A DNA stretch of 63,858 nucleotides, filler included, from Octopus bimaculoides (lineage: Eukaryota): NCBI RefSeq assembly GCF_001194135.2. It is 9 parts of 7 records of this genome, joined end to end, with 100 filler letters (N's around TTAATTAATTAA, not from the genome) between each part and the next. Parts side by side here need not be neighbours in the genome. Positions count along the whole stretch, not along the records: positions 62,772 to 63,858 come from NC_068981.1; 8 more parts are not named here. One strand, given 5' to 3'. Below are positions 63,721-63,858 of this stretch, piece by piece (position 1 is the stretch's first letter; every line of letters starts with the position of its first letter). The position numbers and the translations under genes were made by a program. The notes under the pieces were generated by a model. It made no database searches and was not told the DNA's origin. It saw nothing but the letters and a program-made list of their open reading frames with translations.

Positions 63721-63858
63721 GATTTGTAATTCAAGGAGTTGTAGAGATAAAGCGAAGAGAAGAAACGAAACGATAGTGAAAAGATATATTATACGTGTAT
63801 AATATATATGTAAATATATATGTACAAATATATATATATGTAAATATATATATATATA

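Noticed and set aside
62844-63734. Ser/Leu/Pro-rich and Glu/Arg-rich ORFs
   Set aside because: Products of the GA-rich tract and the 25-bp minisatellite.

Overview
Eukaryotic, AT-rich and repeat-saturated DNA. The SINE and microsatellite content matches what I recall of octopus genomes (inference, not a database result). The window is not one locus: eight 100-nt spacers (44 N + TTAATTAATTAA + 44 N) join nine short scaffolds. No complete host gene is visible, and almost all ORF-track entries are microsatellite or gap artefacts. Recognisable content: several tRNA-derived SINE families; decayed LINEs (RTE, Tx1/L1-like, R4/Dong-like); Penelope-like elements (PLE); mariner and DD37D (maT) transposons; hAT MITEs; and Helitron fragments. 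Two host-exon candidates are present: a 129-nt symmetric exon, and a Myb/SANT-like N-terminus cut by a scaffold end. The most interesting signal is a set of type I hammerhead ribozyme (HHR) motifs with palindromic helix III, from at least four sequence families. Two loci carry a head-to-head inverted pair of HHRs (8.2-8.8 kb and 12.2-12.6 kb). One element fuses a tRNA-like Pol III head, an (AAT)n tract and an HHR (45.65-45.97 kb). One family has an unusually long helix II (7.2 and 18.7 kb).
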